A stretch of DNA of 64,000 bases from Octopus sinensis (Eukaryota), in contig NC_043001.1 of NCBI RefSeq assembly GCF_006345805.1, forward strand, positions 19,964,001 to 20,028,000, in the 5' to 3' direction. Every line of letters begins with the position of its first letter. Position 1 is the first letter of the stretch. The notes below the pieces were generated by a model. The model had not been told where the DNA came from and did not search any database. It worked only from the letters and a program-made list of their open reading frames with translations. Positions 36,716 through 49,759 of the stretch are shown piece after piece. The position numbers and the translations under genes were made by a program.

Positions 36716-37339
36716 ACATGTCAGAAATAATGTTTATGTTAGTCTTTCCTCACACGCCTAACACTGTCAAATCTTGTAAATCAACAACTTCAAATGATTT
36801 GCTACAAGTTTCCTGTTGCCAAAAATTTAATAAATCAATTAAAATAAATAAAAAGAAGTCTTATAATACCTCGTTGAAGTCACCTGTAGAATTGGGAAGG
36901 AGTATGATGTCATATGACATATGCTTCTCAAATTTATTGTAAGTGAAGTGACATAAATGCAACATAATCAAGGAGCCTCTACGTTTTTGCTTGACTGACT
37001 AGAAATAGCAGCCAAAGGTCCCTCAAACCATGTTCTGAGGTACCGTTAGCTGTTACTCACAAGCAAGCATAACCTGATAGCATGTACCATGTTTTAGGAG
37101 CCTATGTAGTCCAAGTAGATACACCCAACTTCTCAGCCTCTCACCCCAGGACCTGTGGTACATCTAGGATATGATAGCTGGAGGAAGAGAGGGAGCTGCA
37201 CCTGCACTCTGTATGGTACTCATTACAGTGGAGTAGAACTGGAGCATAGCACCTTGGGCAAATGTCTTCTACTATAACCTTGGGCTGACCAAAACCTTGT
37301 GAGTGGATTTGGTACACAGAAACTGAAAGAAGCCTGTTC

Positions 37340-37372
<33 letters not shown>

Positions 37373-37789
37373 CCCAACATTGCTTGACAACCGATGCTGG
37401 TGTGTTTACGTACCCATAACTTAGAGGTTCAGCAAAAGAGACCAATAGAATAAGCACTTGGCTTACAAAGAATAAGTCCTGTGGTCGATTTGCTTGACTG
37501 GAGGTGGTGCTCCAGCATGGCTGCAGTCAAATGACTGAAACAAATAAAAGAATATATTATGTAGAAATATAAAAAAGGATTAAGAACTAAAAATTAAATA
37601 TATATATTCTCCAACATAACAGAATTTAACCTAGAAGAGTTTCTCTCCTCAGTGACCAGCAGGGTCACTGGGGAGATAAAAGAGCAACCAGTAAACTCTG
37701 CAATGTGGTTAGCATTAGAAAAGGCATCCAGCTGTAGAAACATTGCCAAAAAAGACAATAGAGCTTGGCACAGCCCTCTGGTTTGCCAT

Positions 37790-38210
37790 CTCTTATTTCT
37801 TTATTGCCTACAAGGGGCTAAATATAGAGGGGACAAACAAGGACAGACAAAGGGATTAAGTTGATTACATCGACCCCAGTGTGTAACTGGTACTTAATTT
37901 ATCTACCCCGGAAGGATGAAAGGTAAAGTCGACCTCGGCGGAATTTGAACTCAGAATGTAATGGCAGACGAAATACCTATTTCTTTACTAGCCACAAGGG
38001 GCTAAACACAGAAGGGACAAACAAGGACAGACAAACGGATTAAGTTGATTACATCGACCCCAGTGTGTAACTGGTACTTAATTTATCTACCCCGAAAGGA
38101 TGAAAGGTAAAGTCGACCTCGGCGGAATTTGAACTCAGAACGTAACGGCAGACGAAATACTGCTAAGCATTTCGCCGGGCGTGCTAACAATTCTGCCATC
38201 TTGCCACCTT
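37790..38210 (-). mobile_element. Family C SINE with two body units
   Basis: Reverse complement of family C. Confidence 0.9.
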
Positions 38211-38507
38211 CACATTACTTCTGTCTACTGAATTGCACTTTCAAAAGTGAAGTCAACTCGAGAGAATGACAGAATGTCCTTTACCAAGATGACAGTACAG
38301 TAATATCAGACCAGGAACCATTTGATTGATAAGAAAACTCCTTAATCATTTGACCAATCTTGCACCCACAGATGATAAGAATTGTAAACAAGGCATAATG
38401 TAGATAAAATCCTTCATGTATGCTATTCTTTAAAATATATCCTTTATCTATGAATTCTTATCTCAATGCGCTACCAAGGTATGTTCTCTCTTTGTTTTTA
38501 TCAACAC

Positions 38508-38916
38508 TAGGTGCAGGAGTGGCTGTGTGGTAAGTAGCTTGCTTACCAACCACATGGTTCCGAGTTCAGTCCCACTGCATGACACCTTGGGCAAGTGTCT
38601 TCTACTATAGCCTCGGGCCAACCAAAGCCTTGTGAGTGAATTTGGTAGATGGAAACTGAAAGAAGCCCATCATATATATGTGTATATATATATGTATGTG
38701 TGTGTATATGTTTGTGTGTCTGTGTGTCTCCCCCCACCCCAGCATCGCTTGACAACCGATGCTGGTGTGTTTACGTCCGTATAACTTAGCAGTTCAGCAA
38801 AAGAGACCGATAGAATAAGTACTAGGCTTACAAAGAATAAGTTCTGGGGTCGATTTGCTTGACTGAAGGCAGTGCTCCAGCATGGCCACAGTGACTGAAA
38901 CAAGTAAAAGAGTAAC
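38508..38916 (+). mobile_element. Family B SINE
   Basis: Full body. Confidence 0.9.
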
Positions 38917-39149
38917 TCTGTTGGTACATAAGAACAGCGATAGGATGTTCTGTAGGCTACCCAAATCACATCAGCTAGTGATGGGAGTTTTCCTCTAGGA
39001 AAATGAGGCTATCTATTCTCCCACTCATGAAAAGGATTGGCTTGCATGAGTCCTGTGTCAGAGCCACATAAAAAGCACTTGTGCTGTTGTCGTGTTGTAA
39101 CACTCAATGTGTGCAGACAATTCGTCAACAGACAATTTAAAAACGATAA

Positions 39150-39456
39150 ACGTCGCCCTTTTCAAGCCAAGCGAGGCTCATGGGCCCGGTCTTCCAGTTT
39201 CTGTGGCATATGTATTCCCCCCAGCTGAATGAGACGCCAGTCCATCGCAGCGTTACTCAAGAAACAGGAAGAGAGAGTGAGAGAAAGTTGTAGTGAAAGA
39301 GTACAACAGGGGTTGCCACCACCCCCTGCTGGAGCCTCGTGGAGCTTTTAGGTGTTTTTGCTCAATAAACACACACAATGCCCGGTCAGGGAATCGAAAC
39401 CACGATCCTCTGACCTTGAATCCACTGCCCTAACCACTGAGCCATTGCACCTCCAC
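39150..39456 (-). mobile_element. Family D SINE
   Basis: Reverse complement of the 54310 element. Confidence 0.8.
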
Positions 39457-39466
39457 CAACAGATAA

Positions 39467-39604
39467 TTCCCACAGGGCCTCAGACTCAACAGGGAGGCCT
39501 ATATCAAGTGCCTGGAGGAGGTTGTGGCGTTCCTCTGGGTCAAGAGGGTGGCTGCTGGAACACCCTATGCCTGGCAAAAGGACTCTGCACCATGCCACAC
39601 AATT
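39467..39604 (+). pseudogene. Tc1/mariner transposase fragment (catalytic domain)
   Basis: Reads FPQGLRLNREAYIKCLEEVVAFLWVKRVAAGTPYAWQKDSAPCHT, matching the QD.AP.H motif around the second catalytic Asp. Confidence 0.8.
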
Positions 39605-39699
39605 GTCCTGTGTATAAGTTGTCTATTAGCCAAGCCAAATTGTCTGTCTACCAGCACTCATATGGTGCCTCATAAAAGCACTCTGTGTACTCTATAAAG

Positions 39700-39990
39700 T
39701 GGTTGTTTGTTCCTTCTCGAGCCATGCCTGGCTCATAAGGGCCAGTTTCCTTGGCATATAGGTTCCCCACCTGGACGGGACGCCGGTCCATTGCAGGTGA
39801 GCTGCAAGATGCAGCAGGAAAGAGTGAGAGAAGGTTGTGGCAAAAGAGTCAGCAGAAGTTCGCCATTACCTTCTGCCGGAACCGTGTGGGGCTTAGGTGT
39901 TTCACTCAGAAACACACACATCGCCCGGTCTGAGATTTGAACCCATGATCCTTCAACCGTGCTCTAACCACTGGGCCATGTGCCTCCATA
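39700..39990 (-). mobile_element. Family E SINE inserted in a family A copy
   Basis: Family A sequence on both sides (about 39660-39700 and 39990-40160). Confidence 0.8.
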
Positions 39991-42329
39991 TAAATTGGTT
40001 GCTGTTAGGAAGGGTTAGGGTTATCCAGCTGTAGAAACCTTGCCAAATCAGACTGGAGCTTAGTGGAGCTCTTCAGTGTGCCAACTCAGGTCAAACCATC
40101 CAACCCATGCCAGCATGGACAATAGACATTAAATGATGATGATGATGATGATGATGATTAGCCATCATATGGTTTTAATTATTGATTACATCAACTAAAA
40201 GAACATTGAGCAATTAAGTTGTCTGTCACACAATTGTGACACGGTGTGTGGTTAAGAAGCTTGTTTTGCAACTATATGGTTTCAGGTTCAATCCCATTGT
40301 GTGGCACAAATGCTTTCTACTATAGCCAAGGCTGACAAATGCTTTTGTGACTGAATTTGGCAGACAGATACTGTGTGGAAGCCCACTGTACATACACACA
40401 CACACACACACTCACACACACATACAAACATACTCACACATACACTCTCACACACACACACACACACATGTGAGTGAGTGTAGTGTAGTTTTGTTTATGT
40501 CCCTGCAACTTAGCCGTTTGGCAAAAGAGACCAATAGATTATGCCTTTGATTTCATTCTAAAACTAGAGTAATGCTATACATAAAACTATAAACATATTG
40601 CCTTCTTAAAACACTGTACTTTTTGTATTTGATCTAAAGAAAATTTTCTATTCTATTTCCGTCATTTGAGAAAGGCATATTGAATCTTAAACCTGGTTTA
40701 CATTACAAATATAAAAATATTTAGAGCAACAACTTAATCCTGGTACAAAAGTTCAACCAATCATTAATTGGAACATTAATTAAAGAAAATGAAAAAAACT
40801 TCTAGCAACTGGTTTAGTTTCTAATTTTGAAAGTTCTTAATGAGTATACATTTACATTTAAAAGTGCAGGTATGGGTGTATGATTAAGTAGTTACAGTTT
40901 AAATCACATACATGGCACTTTGGGAAAGTGTCTTCAACTATAGTCTGCGGCTGATCAAAAGTTTGTGAGTGGATTTGCAGATGGAAATTGGAAGAAGTCT
41001 GGTGTATGCATGTATGTGTGTGTGTGTGATGGGTCTCCTTGTACTGATGTCTCGTGATGCTGTTAACAAGTGTCACCATTATACAAGCAGTCGTTTGGTT
41101 CAATCTTCCTTGCAAACATGTCCAGTCAAGGGAATATATTACTGTACTTGGTAACAGATGAGGGTTAGTGACAAGAAGGGCATCTGGCCACAGGAAATTT
41201 GCTTCAACCCATAGGAAAAGTGATAACAATGATATTATCTTTAATTAGATAAATTATGCTTATGCTGCTGAATTTTAAAATAATAATTGCTACAACATTA
41301 AATATTAAAATTAAGGTTAAATTTATTGACATCTGTCTAAAATAGAATTTATTAGTGAAAAATATTTTGTATTAAAATTTAATTGCTTTTCAGTAAAAGC
41401 AAAAATTTGCTGAGTAATTTCAGCCTTTTAATTTTTTAAGGGAAAAAAATCAAGCCAAAAAAAATAGTTCAAATAAATATCATTTAATTAAATGAATAAA
41501 ACAAAACAAAAAAAAAATCCTAGTCTTTAATCATCTTTTTACTGCAATTCAAATTTCCTACCAGCTTTGTGGATCATGTTAAAACTGACTTCCTCCTTTG
41601 CAAAGTGCCTCTCAAATTAGAGATATAACTTTATATGGGTCGACATCCTTTCAAGAAGAGGTAGTCATATTCAATAAAGACTTTGTTAACACCAAGTTGA
41701 ATTACTTGAACAGGGTGTAAACTAGTACTCTTGTGTTGCTCTGTATATCCTATCATGATACAAGTGGTAGTTTAGAATGTCTGATAAAAGAGTGAAAAAT
41801 ATTTCCAAGGCGTGAGCCAAAATGAACAAAATACTAATTCTCTTTTAACCTAGAATAGAGAAATAGCGAAGTAAATGACAGAATAAACTGCTGAAAAATT
41901 GAACAAAAACTCTCCATTTGATTGACAATTCACTGGTTGTAAGTTGTATTGTTTTAGCAACACTGGCTCCTTCATTTTCATTTTCCTATACACACATGGT
42001 ATAATATATCATCATCATCATATAATGTCCCTTTTGCCATACTGGCATGGGTTGAATGGTTTTACACAAATTGACAAGCTTGAGGGCTGTGGCAAACTCC
42101 AATACTTGCTTTGGTATGGTTTCTACACCAGCTACTTCCCAGACTGTACAGGGTGCGTTTTTTTTTTGTACTGACATGACAAAACCCTCAAGTAAGTGGA
42201 GTATAGTATTGAGGAATATGGAAGTATGGTAGAAGGACAGAAGTCGGTGTTTTGCTGAAAAGATGAATACACGGCTTCTACATCTGGAGTGTGGGGGAGA
42301 GGGAGAGAATGATATATATATATATATTC

Positions 42330-42735
42330 TCTTTTTTACTCTTTTACTTGTTTCAGTCATTTGACTGCGGCCATGCTGGAGCACCGCCTTTAGTCGAGCA
42401 AATCGAGCCCGGGACTTATTTTTTGTAAGCCCAGTACTTATTCTATCGATCTTTTTTGCCGAACCGCTAAATGACGGGGACGTAATCACACCAGCATCAG
42501 TTGTCAAGCAATGCTAGGGGGACAAACACATACACACACACTTACATATATATATACATATATACGACAGGCTTCTTTCAGTTTCCGTCTACCAAATCCG
42601 CTCACAAGGCATTGGTTGGCCCGGGGCTATAGCAGAAGACACTTGCCCAAGATGCCACACAGTGGGACTGAACCCGGAACCATGTGGTTGGTTAGCAAGC
42701 TACTTACCACACAGCCACTCCTGCGCCTATATATA

Positions 42736-42768
<33 letters not shown>

Positions 42769-42781
42769 GGCGCAGGAGTGG

Positions 42782-42813
<32 letters not shown>

Positions 42814-43000
42814 GCGCAGGAGTGGCTGTGTGGTAAGTAGCTTGCTAACCAACCACATGGTTCCGGGTTCAGTCCCACTGTGTGGCATCTTGGGCAAGTG
42901 TCTTCTGCTATAGCCCCGGGCCAACCAATGCCTTGTGAGCGGATTTGGTAGACGGAAACTGAAAGAAGCCTGTCGTATATATGTATATATATATGTATAT
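42330..43000. mobile_element. Family B SINE (-) with head-to-head inverted duplicate across (TA)n
   Basis: 42543-42730 mirrored at 42811-42997; extra 18-nt head fragment at 42768-42785. Confidence 0.9.
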
Positions 43001-43021
43001 ATATATGTATATATATATATG

Positions 43022-43068
<47 letters not shown>

Positions 43069-43222
43069 CTGCACCAGGCCAGTCAGATCTAGAAACACTG
43101 CCAGATCTGACTGGCCTGGTGCAGCCTTCGGGCTTGCCAGACCCCAGTTGAACCGTCCAACCCATGCTAGCATGGAAAGCGGACGTTAAACGATGATGAT
43201 GATGATGATGATATATACGAGC

Positions 43223-43520
43223 AGATCTAATCCTGATTCGTCAAAAAATTAATGACGTATTACCTCAGTGGTCAAGCTATTGTCACCCTGCTTGGTCGGT
43301 TTCCTCACACGATACAGCTATGGGTCAGACCCGATTCTGATTCGTCAAAACATTGATGACGTCTTTCTTCCATGGACAAACTACTCGTTCTGCTGGACTT
43401 GCCACCTAACAGGATACAGTCACGGGTCAGATCTAATTTCGATTCGTCAAAAAAATGATGACGTATTTCTTCCGTGGCCAAACTGTCGTTCCGCTTGGTT
43501 GGTTTCCTAACAGAATACAG
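43223..43520. repeat. Degenerate tandem repeat, about 102 bp x 3
   Basis: gtcaga..tgattcgtcaaaa...tgacgt recurs near 43223, 43324 and 43426. Confidence 0.7.
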
Positions 43521-43810
43521 TTAGGAGTCTTTTCACTATATTCGTTGAGCCTGGGTTTTGATTGGTTTGGAAATGGAAGACATGACAATCTGTCTAGAGC
43601 CAGTGTCACAATGAAATGCACCCAGTACTCTCTGTTAAAGTGGTTGCTGTTAGAAAGAGCATCCAGCTGTAGAAACCATGCCAAGAAGAGTAGTGAGTTC
43701 ATAAATGAACTGGCTCAGGCAGAGATGATTCTTCCAACCTATGGAGAGAGGATACAGAATGGTAATGATAACTCACTGAGTAGTTTTTATTTTTGTTTGT
43801 ACACTCAAAC

Positions 43811-43848
<38 letters not shown>

Positions 43849-44003
43849 TATATATATATAAATTCAGCAAAATTTAGATTCAGGTGAATATGGTACTTAA
43901 GTTAAAGGTACCCGAATTTTGTATGGAATTATCCATATAATAAAAAGAAGTAGCATGAAACAATTGTACTACACTACCTTGGATATCCTTGTTGCTTATT
44001 TTG

Positions 44004-44047
<44 letters not shown>

Positions 44048-44289
44048 CAATGATACAGTAATATTTGCTAAAACTTGTATTTGCTGCAATATTTGCAGCT
44101 TTTAATAAAGCTGTTCTTCGTATGAAACAATTGTACTGAACAACTAATCCATTCTTGTTTATAATCACCCCACATTATTTTATGGTTAATACCATACAGA
44201 TTTCTGGTGCATTTAAGTTAAGTACCGCATTCATTGGAACTCACTTGAATCTTAATTGTTTTTACTGAAATATATATATACATACTACT

Positions 44290-44685
44290 GATTGGCACTC
44301 GTGCCAGTGGAACGGGAAAAGCACCATTTGAGCATGATCGTTGCCAGCATCACCTTACTAGCACATGTGCAGGTGGCACATGAAAGACAACATTTGAGTG
44401 TGGTCATTGCCAGTGCTGCCGGACTGACTCCCATGCAGGTAGCACATAAAAACACCTTTTGAGCGTGGTCATTGCCAGAACTACCTGACTGGCCCTCGTG
44501 CCAGTGGCACATAAAAGCACCCACTACACTCTCGAAGTGGTTGGTGTTAGGAAGGGCATCCAGCTGAGAAACTTTGCCAGATCAGTTTGAGCCTGATGCA
44601 GCCTCTAGTTCACCAGTCTTCAGTCAAGCCAGCCAACCCATGCCAGCATGGAAAGTGGATGTTAAACGATGATGATGGTGATGAC
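44290..44685 (+). mobile_element. Family A repeat
   Basis: Variant units plus tail. Confidence 0.85.
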
Positions 44686-45812
44686 TACATGTATGTATGT
44701 GTGTGTATGCATGTATGCATGCCTGCTGGTGACACATTAAATTTACCTGTGCTGGTACCATGTAAAAAGCACCCAGTACACTCTGTAAAATGGTTAGGAA
44801 GGGTTTCCGTATAGCGCATGGTTAGCAACTAGAGTTGTCATGAATCATCATCATCATCAAATTGTGGGAATACACAAATAAAGCCTGATGTAGCTCTCCA
44901 GTTCACCAGAACCTGTCAAACTATCTAGCCTATGTCAGCATGGAAAACGGATGTTAAAAGATGATGATTATGATGATGATGATGATGATGATGATATATA
45001 TACATATATATATATATATATAAAATCCAGGCTACATATGTTTCTTAGCCAGCTGATCCTCTGCTGTAATAATTGCTCAATGTGAGGCACACAACTTAGC
45101 TAATCGTCAGGCTGAGAATATCTTAACTACATGAAGGTTACATTGTTTCTTGGAATTCCCAAGTTAACTCACCACAGATATGAATTGAAAGGAATGGTGA
45201 TGCCAGAGAAACAGAATAAAAAACAGAAATGTTTGAAGAAATAAAACAGTCAAGAAGTAAGAAAGGGAAAGGATGAGGTCAAATACGTGGGAGTCGGAAT
45301 CATATAAGGTCGTTAGGAAAGAAGAAAAGGAGAGGAGAGAAAAGAGTGAAGAGGGATAAGAGTAGATAGTCGTCATTAAGGGGAAAGAACGGTTGTTGTA
45401 AATATCTAATTAACTGGGATGGGTAAAGAAACTAGTTGACCGCAAAGTATTAATTTCTTAGTGGATAGTTGGCACTGGTACTGTTAGTCATTGGTCTACG
45501 TCAAAATATACATACACCTCTGCACATCCATGCACACACACACCACACCCATAGTATCAATATAGGTATATATGTATGTGGATATACCCACATGCACACA
45601 CACAAACAAATGTTTATATGCCATGACTGAGCATGCATCTACAGTATGTAAACACTCCTTTGTATATTAGTATATATGCAAATATGCTTTAGTGCCCAAG
45701 GGTGTACGTGTGTATCCATAGGCATAAGACTCCACCCACATATACGTGTGCTTCTGTATATATACACCACACATATATCCAGACCTATACGTGCACCTTT
45801 GATAAGAACTAC

Positions 45813-45825
<13 letters not shown>

Positions 45826-45846
<21 letters not shown>

Positions 45847-46181
45847 CATATATAATCAAAATAAGCAAGAATATCTCTGGTAATTTGGTACGATCGTTTC
45901 GTAATCACCCCATGGATTTATTTGGATAACACCAGACAAAATTCTGGTGCATCTAACTTAAGTACCATATTCATTTGAATCTAAATTTTGCTGAACTTAT
46001 ATATATATATATTCAATTAGAGTATATGTTAGCCTCGTAAAGGGATGGTGGCAGCCAAGGAAATATTGGTTCAATGCTGGTTCAATACCTAGTATTTTTG
46101 TAATAAATGAAGATGCCCAATTTGCTAATAATAACAATTATTAACTTCCTTATCTCCATTTTCTTTTCTCCTTTTAAATGG

Positions 46182-46234
<53 letters not shown>

Positions 46235-46590
46235 CCATTTAAAAGGAGAAAAGAAAATGGAGATAAGGAAGTTAATAATTGTTTATTATTAGCAATTGGG
46301 CATCTTCATTTATTACAAAAATACTAGGTATTGAACCAGCATTGAACCAATATTTCCTTGGCTGCCACCATCCCTTTACGAGGCTAACATATACTCTAAT
46401 TGAATATATATATATATATAAGTTCAGCAAAATTTAGATTCAAATGAATATGGTACTTAAGTTAGATGCACCAGAATTTTGTCTGGTGTTATCCATATAA
46501 ATCCATGGGGTGATTACGAAACGATCGTACCAAATTACCAGAGATATTCTTGCTTATTTTGATTATATATGTATATATATATATATATAT
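45826..46590. repeat. Near-perfect about 765-bp palindrome centred on (TA)n
   Basis: Arms about 45826-46184 and 46232-46590 differ by only a few bases apart from (TA) run length. Confidence 0.95.
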
Positions 46591-46596
46591 AAAAAA

Positions 46597-46932
46597 GGGT
46601 AAAGACCCCCTTCGGTCATGAATGACCATGGGATTGCACCTAGAAAGTTACCCTCCTAGACACAAGTCCGGGCAAGGTTGTTTATGGAAGACCAGCAGTC
46701 ACCCATGCATACCAGCCTCCCCTCTCCACGCCACCAGTGTTATCCAAGGGAAAGACAAAGGTCGATACAGCTTGGCACCAGTGACGTCGCAACTCATTTC
46801 TACAGCTGAGTGAACTGGAGCAACGTGAAATAAAGTGCCTTGCTCAAGAACACAACACGCAGCCCGGTCCGGGATTCGAGCTCACAACCTCATGATCGTT
46901 AGCTCGACGCTCTAACCACTGAGCCATAGCCT
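46597..46932 (-). mobile_element. Family F-type SINE with a third body type
   Basis: Head + CORE-like gtgttcttgagcaaggcactttatttcacgttgctccag, then a body unlike those at 7690 and 27188. Confidence 0.75.
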
Positions 46933-46934
46933 TC

Positions 46935-46966
46935 ACATATATATATATATATATATATATAAAGAT

Positions 46967-47062
<96 letters not shown>
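46935..47062. repeat. (TA)n/(GATA)n microsatellite
   Basis: Directly visible. Confidence 0.97.
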
Positions 47063-47063
<1 letters not shown>

Positions 47064-47602
47064 TCATCGTCATCATTTAGCATTTGTCTTCCATGCTGGC
47101 ATGGATTAGACTGTTTGACTGGAACTGGTAAGCTGTACCAGACTCCAGTCTGATTTTGGTTTCGTTTCTTGTACCAGATGCTAAAAGGTTAGAGTGTGAC
47201 AGAGAAGCAGAAACAGGTGTGTTATTGTAGAGGAGATGCATCGTTAACATGTCAGAGGGAGAGAGCAAGAGAAAGAGAGAAAGTGGAAGATAGCAAGAAT
47301 GCAAGAGAGATCAGGAGAGGGATGGTGGTGAAGTGCCAGGACATTCTTACAAGGAATGCAGATCAGAATATAAATGGGATGGTAGAGTAGAGCAAAGGAG
47401 AGATAGATGGTGGCAAAGTGCCAGGGCCCACCTTCAAAGTATGGAGGTCAGAATATAAATGGTAGTTAAGATACCCATGCCGGTGACATGTAGGGCATCA
47501 CAGAGGAAATGACGAAGACCGAGACCTGAGATATGCTGTGACTGTGAAGACCTGACAAATAAAGTGATTTCATGGCTCGTAGGACGGCCTGCTGTGTCTA
47601 GT

Positions 47603-47916
47603 ATGTTAACACCAACATCAAAATGAAAATCAAATGGAAATTGTAGTTAAGATACCCATGCCAGTGACACATAAAAGCACCAACCGATTGTGGCCATTTA
47701 CCAGCCTCCTCTGGCCCCAGTGCCGGTGGCACGTAAAAAGCACTCACTACACTTGCAGAGTGGTTAGCGTTAGCAAGGGCATCCAGCTGTAGAAACACTG
47801 CCAGATCAGACTGGAGCCTGGTACAGCCTCCTGGCTTCCCAGACCCTGGTCGAACCGTCCAACCCATGCTAGCATGGAAAACGGACGTTAAACGATGATG
47901 ATGATGATGATGATGA
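47603..47916 (+). mobile_element. Family A repeat
   Basis: Family A tail. Confidence 0.85.
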
Positions 47917-48451
47917 GTGCCAAAGGTGTATGAGTAGGGAGTAGAGACTTCACAATATGCAAAGAGTGTGGGGGTGGGGAATGCAGTGACTGGTGAAACT
48001 TGAGTATATAGAGGGAGTTGGTGGACAACAGGATAGCGACGATACAGGAAGCAGGGCAGTGAGGACATGATTGGGGAGCAAGAGATATGCATAAGCATAG
48101 GACATGGAAAGAGGAAATGTGAGGAAGAGAAGCGATGTAGTTTGGTTTGTTGAGGTAGGGTGTCAGAAGAGTTTTATTATTGCTACATGTAGGTGAAACC
48201 CACAGTGCTAGGCAGCAAGCTGGTATAATCATTAGCACACCAGGCAAAATGCTTAGTGGAATTTCATCTGTCTTTATGCTTTGGTTTCAAATTCCACCAA
48301 GGTCAACTTTGCCTTTCATCCTTTCAGGGTTGATAAAATAAGCACCTGTTGAATGCTAGGGTTGATGTAATTGGCTTATACCTTCCCCCAAATTTGCCTT
48401 GTGCCAAAATTTGAAACCAGTAGTATTATTATAATGCAAAAAGTTAGTTAA

Positions 48452-48618
48452 TAGGTGTAGGAGTGGCTGTGTGGTAAGTAGCTTGCTTACCAAACACATG
48501 GTTCTGGGTTCAGTCCTATTGTGTGGCACCTTGGGCAAGTGTCTTCTACTATAGCCTCAGGCTGACCAAAGCCTTGTGAGTGGATTTAGTTGAGGGAAAC
48601 TGAAAGAAGCCCATTGTA

Positions 48619-48708
<90 letters not shown>

Positions 48709-48928
48709 GTGTATCTATGTGTGTGTTTGTCCACCCAACATTGCTTGACAAACAATGCTGGTGTGTTTACGTCCCCATAACTTAGCGGTTCAGCAAAAGA
48801 GACCGATAGAATAAGTACTAGGCTTACAAAGAATAAGTCTTGGGGACGATTTGCTCGACTAAAGGCAGTGCTCCAGCATGGCCACAGTCAAATGACTCAA
48901 ACAAGTAAAAGGGTAAAAGAGTAAAGAG
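48452..48928 (+). mobile_element. Family B SINE, full length with expanded (TA)n
   Basis: Full body. Confidence 0.9.
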
Positions 48929-48959
48929 ATATGTTGCCTTCAGCTTTGGTGACAATTCT

Positions 48960-49500
48960 CCTCAAATTTCAAGAATTTTTCTTAGGATTCTGGCAGAATA
49001 TGGAATGGACTTTTCTGTATTTCTCAATTCCTATATCCTTAAACCTCTAGCTTGGTGTTGTGCCAAGAGCACCAATTAGAATAGTACGATAATTGTCATC
49101 TTTGCCTTCCACAATCTCTTCAACTTTTTGGCTGGTTCCTAGCATTTCTCAGTTTTTTCAATGTCTTTTGTGTCTACTTGATTACCATATAGTATTGAAA
49201 AGTCAATGATCTTACACTTCTTTTTATTTTTCTGCAATCACATCTAATTTTGTTGCTTTAAATATATGGTCAATCTTATGGAGAAATCCCATAAAATCTG
49301 CAATTATTACTCTCCATCACAGCCTCTGGCTCTTGTTCATATTACTTTTCTCTTACTTTGAAGCCATACACTCAGCTAACACACTGATGAGCTCTGTTAC
49401 AAACACAGTTGTGCCTGCATTTGTACTCTTTTTGTGCTACCTTACTGCATTTACATAAGAGATGGTTAATACTTTCATATTCTTCTCTAGTCAGAGCATT
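48960..49500 (-). pseudogene. Decayed C-terminus of an RLE-type (R4-like) non-LTR retrotransposon
   Basis: Minus strand ESINHLLCKCSKVAQKEYKCRHNCV (zinc-knuckle region), LWDFSI, CKIIDFSI and ILIGALG across frameshifts. Confidence 0.75.
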
Positions 49501-49759
49501 TGCTCTCTTACTGGGTTTTATCAATCTGTGTGTTAACTAAATTAATTCAAATGGCTCGTTACTGAGTGACTAAAATTAGCGATTCAGTTTCTTGTTTCAG
49601 ATTTCTTGTCATAGGAGAGAATTTACTACATGGATATTACAGAAATAAAGAAAGGAGCCTAAATTAGGTACTGGCAGAATTCTTAGTTCTTTGGACAAAA
49701 TCTTAGCAGTATTTCTTTATGTTCTGAGTTCAAATCCCACTGAGATTTATAACATGAGT

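Noticed and set aside
47930-48190. Second Neptune-like endonuclease fragment on the minus strand
   Set aside because: Resemblance to the end of the 16021 element is weak, and it is too decayed to call without an alignment.
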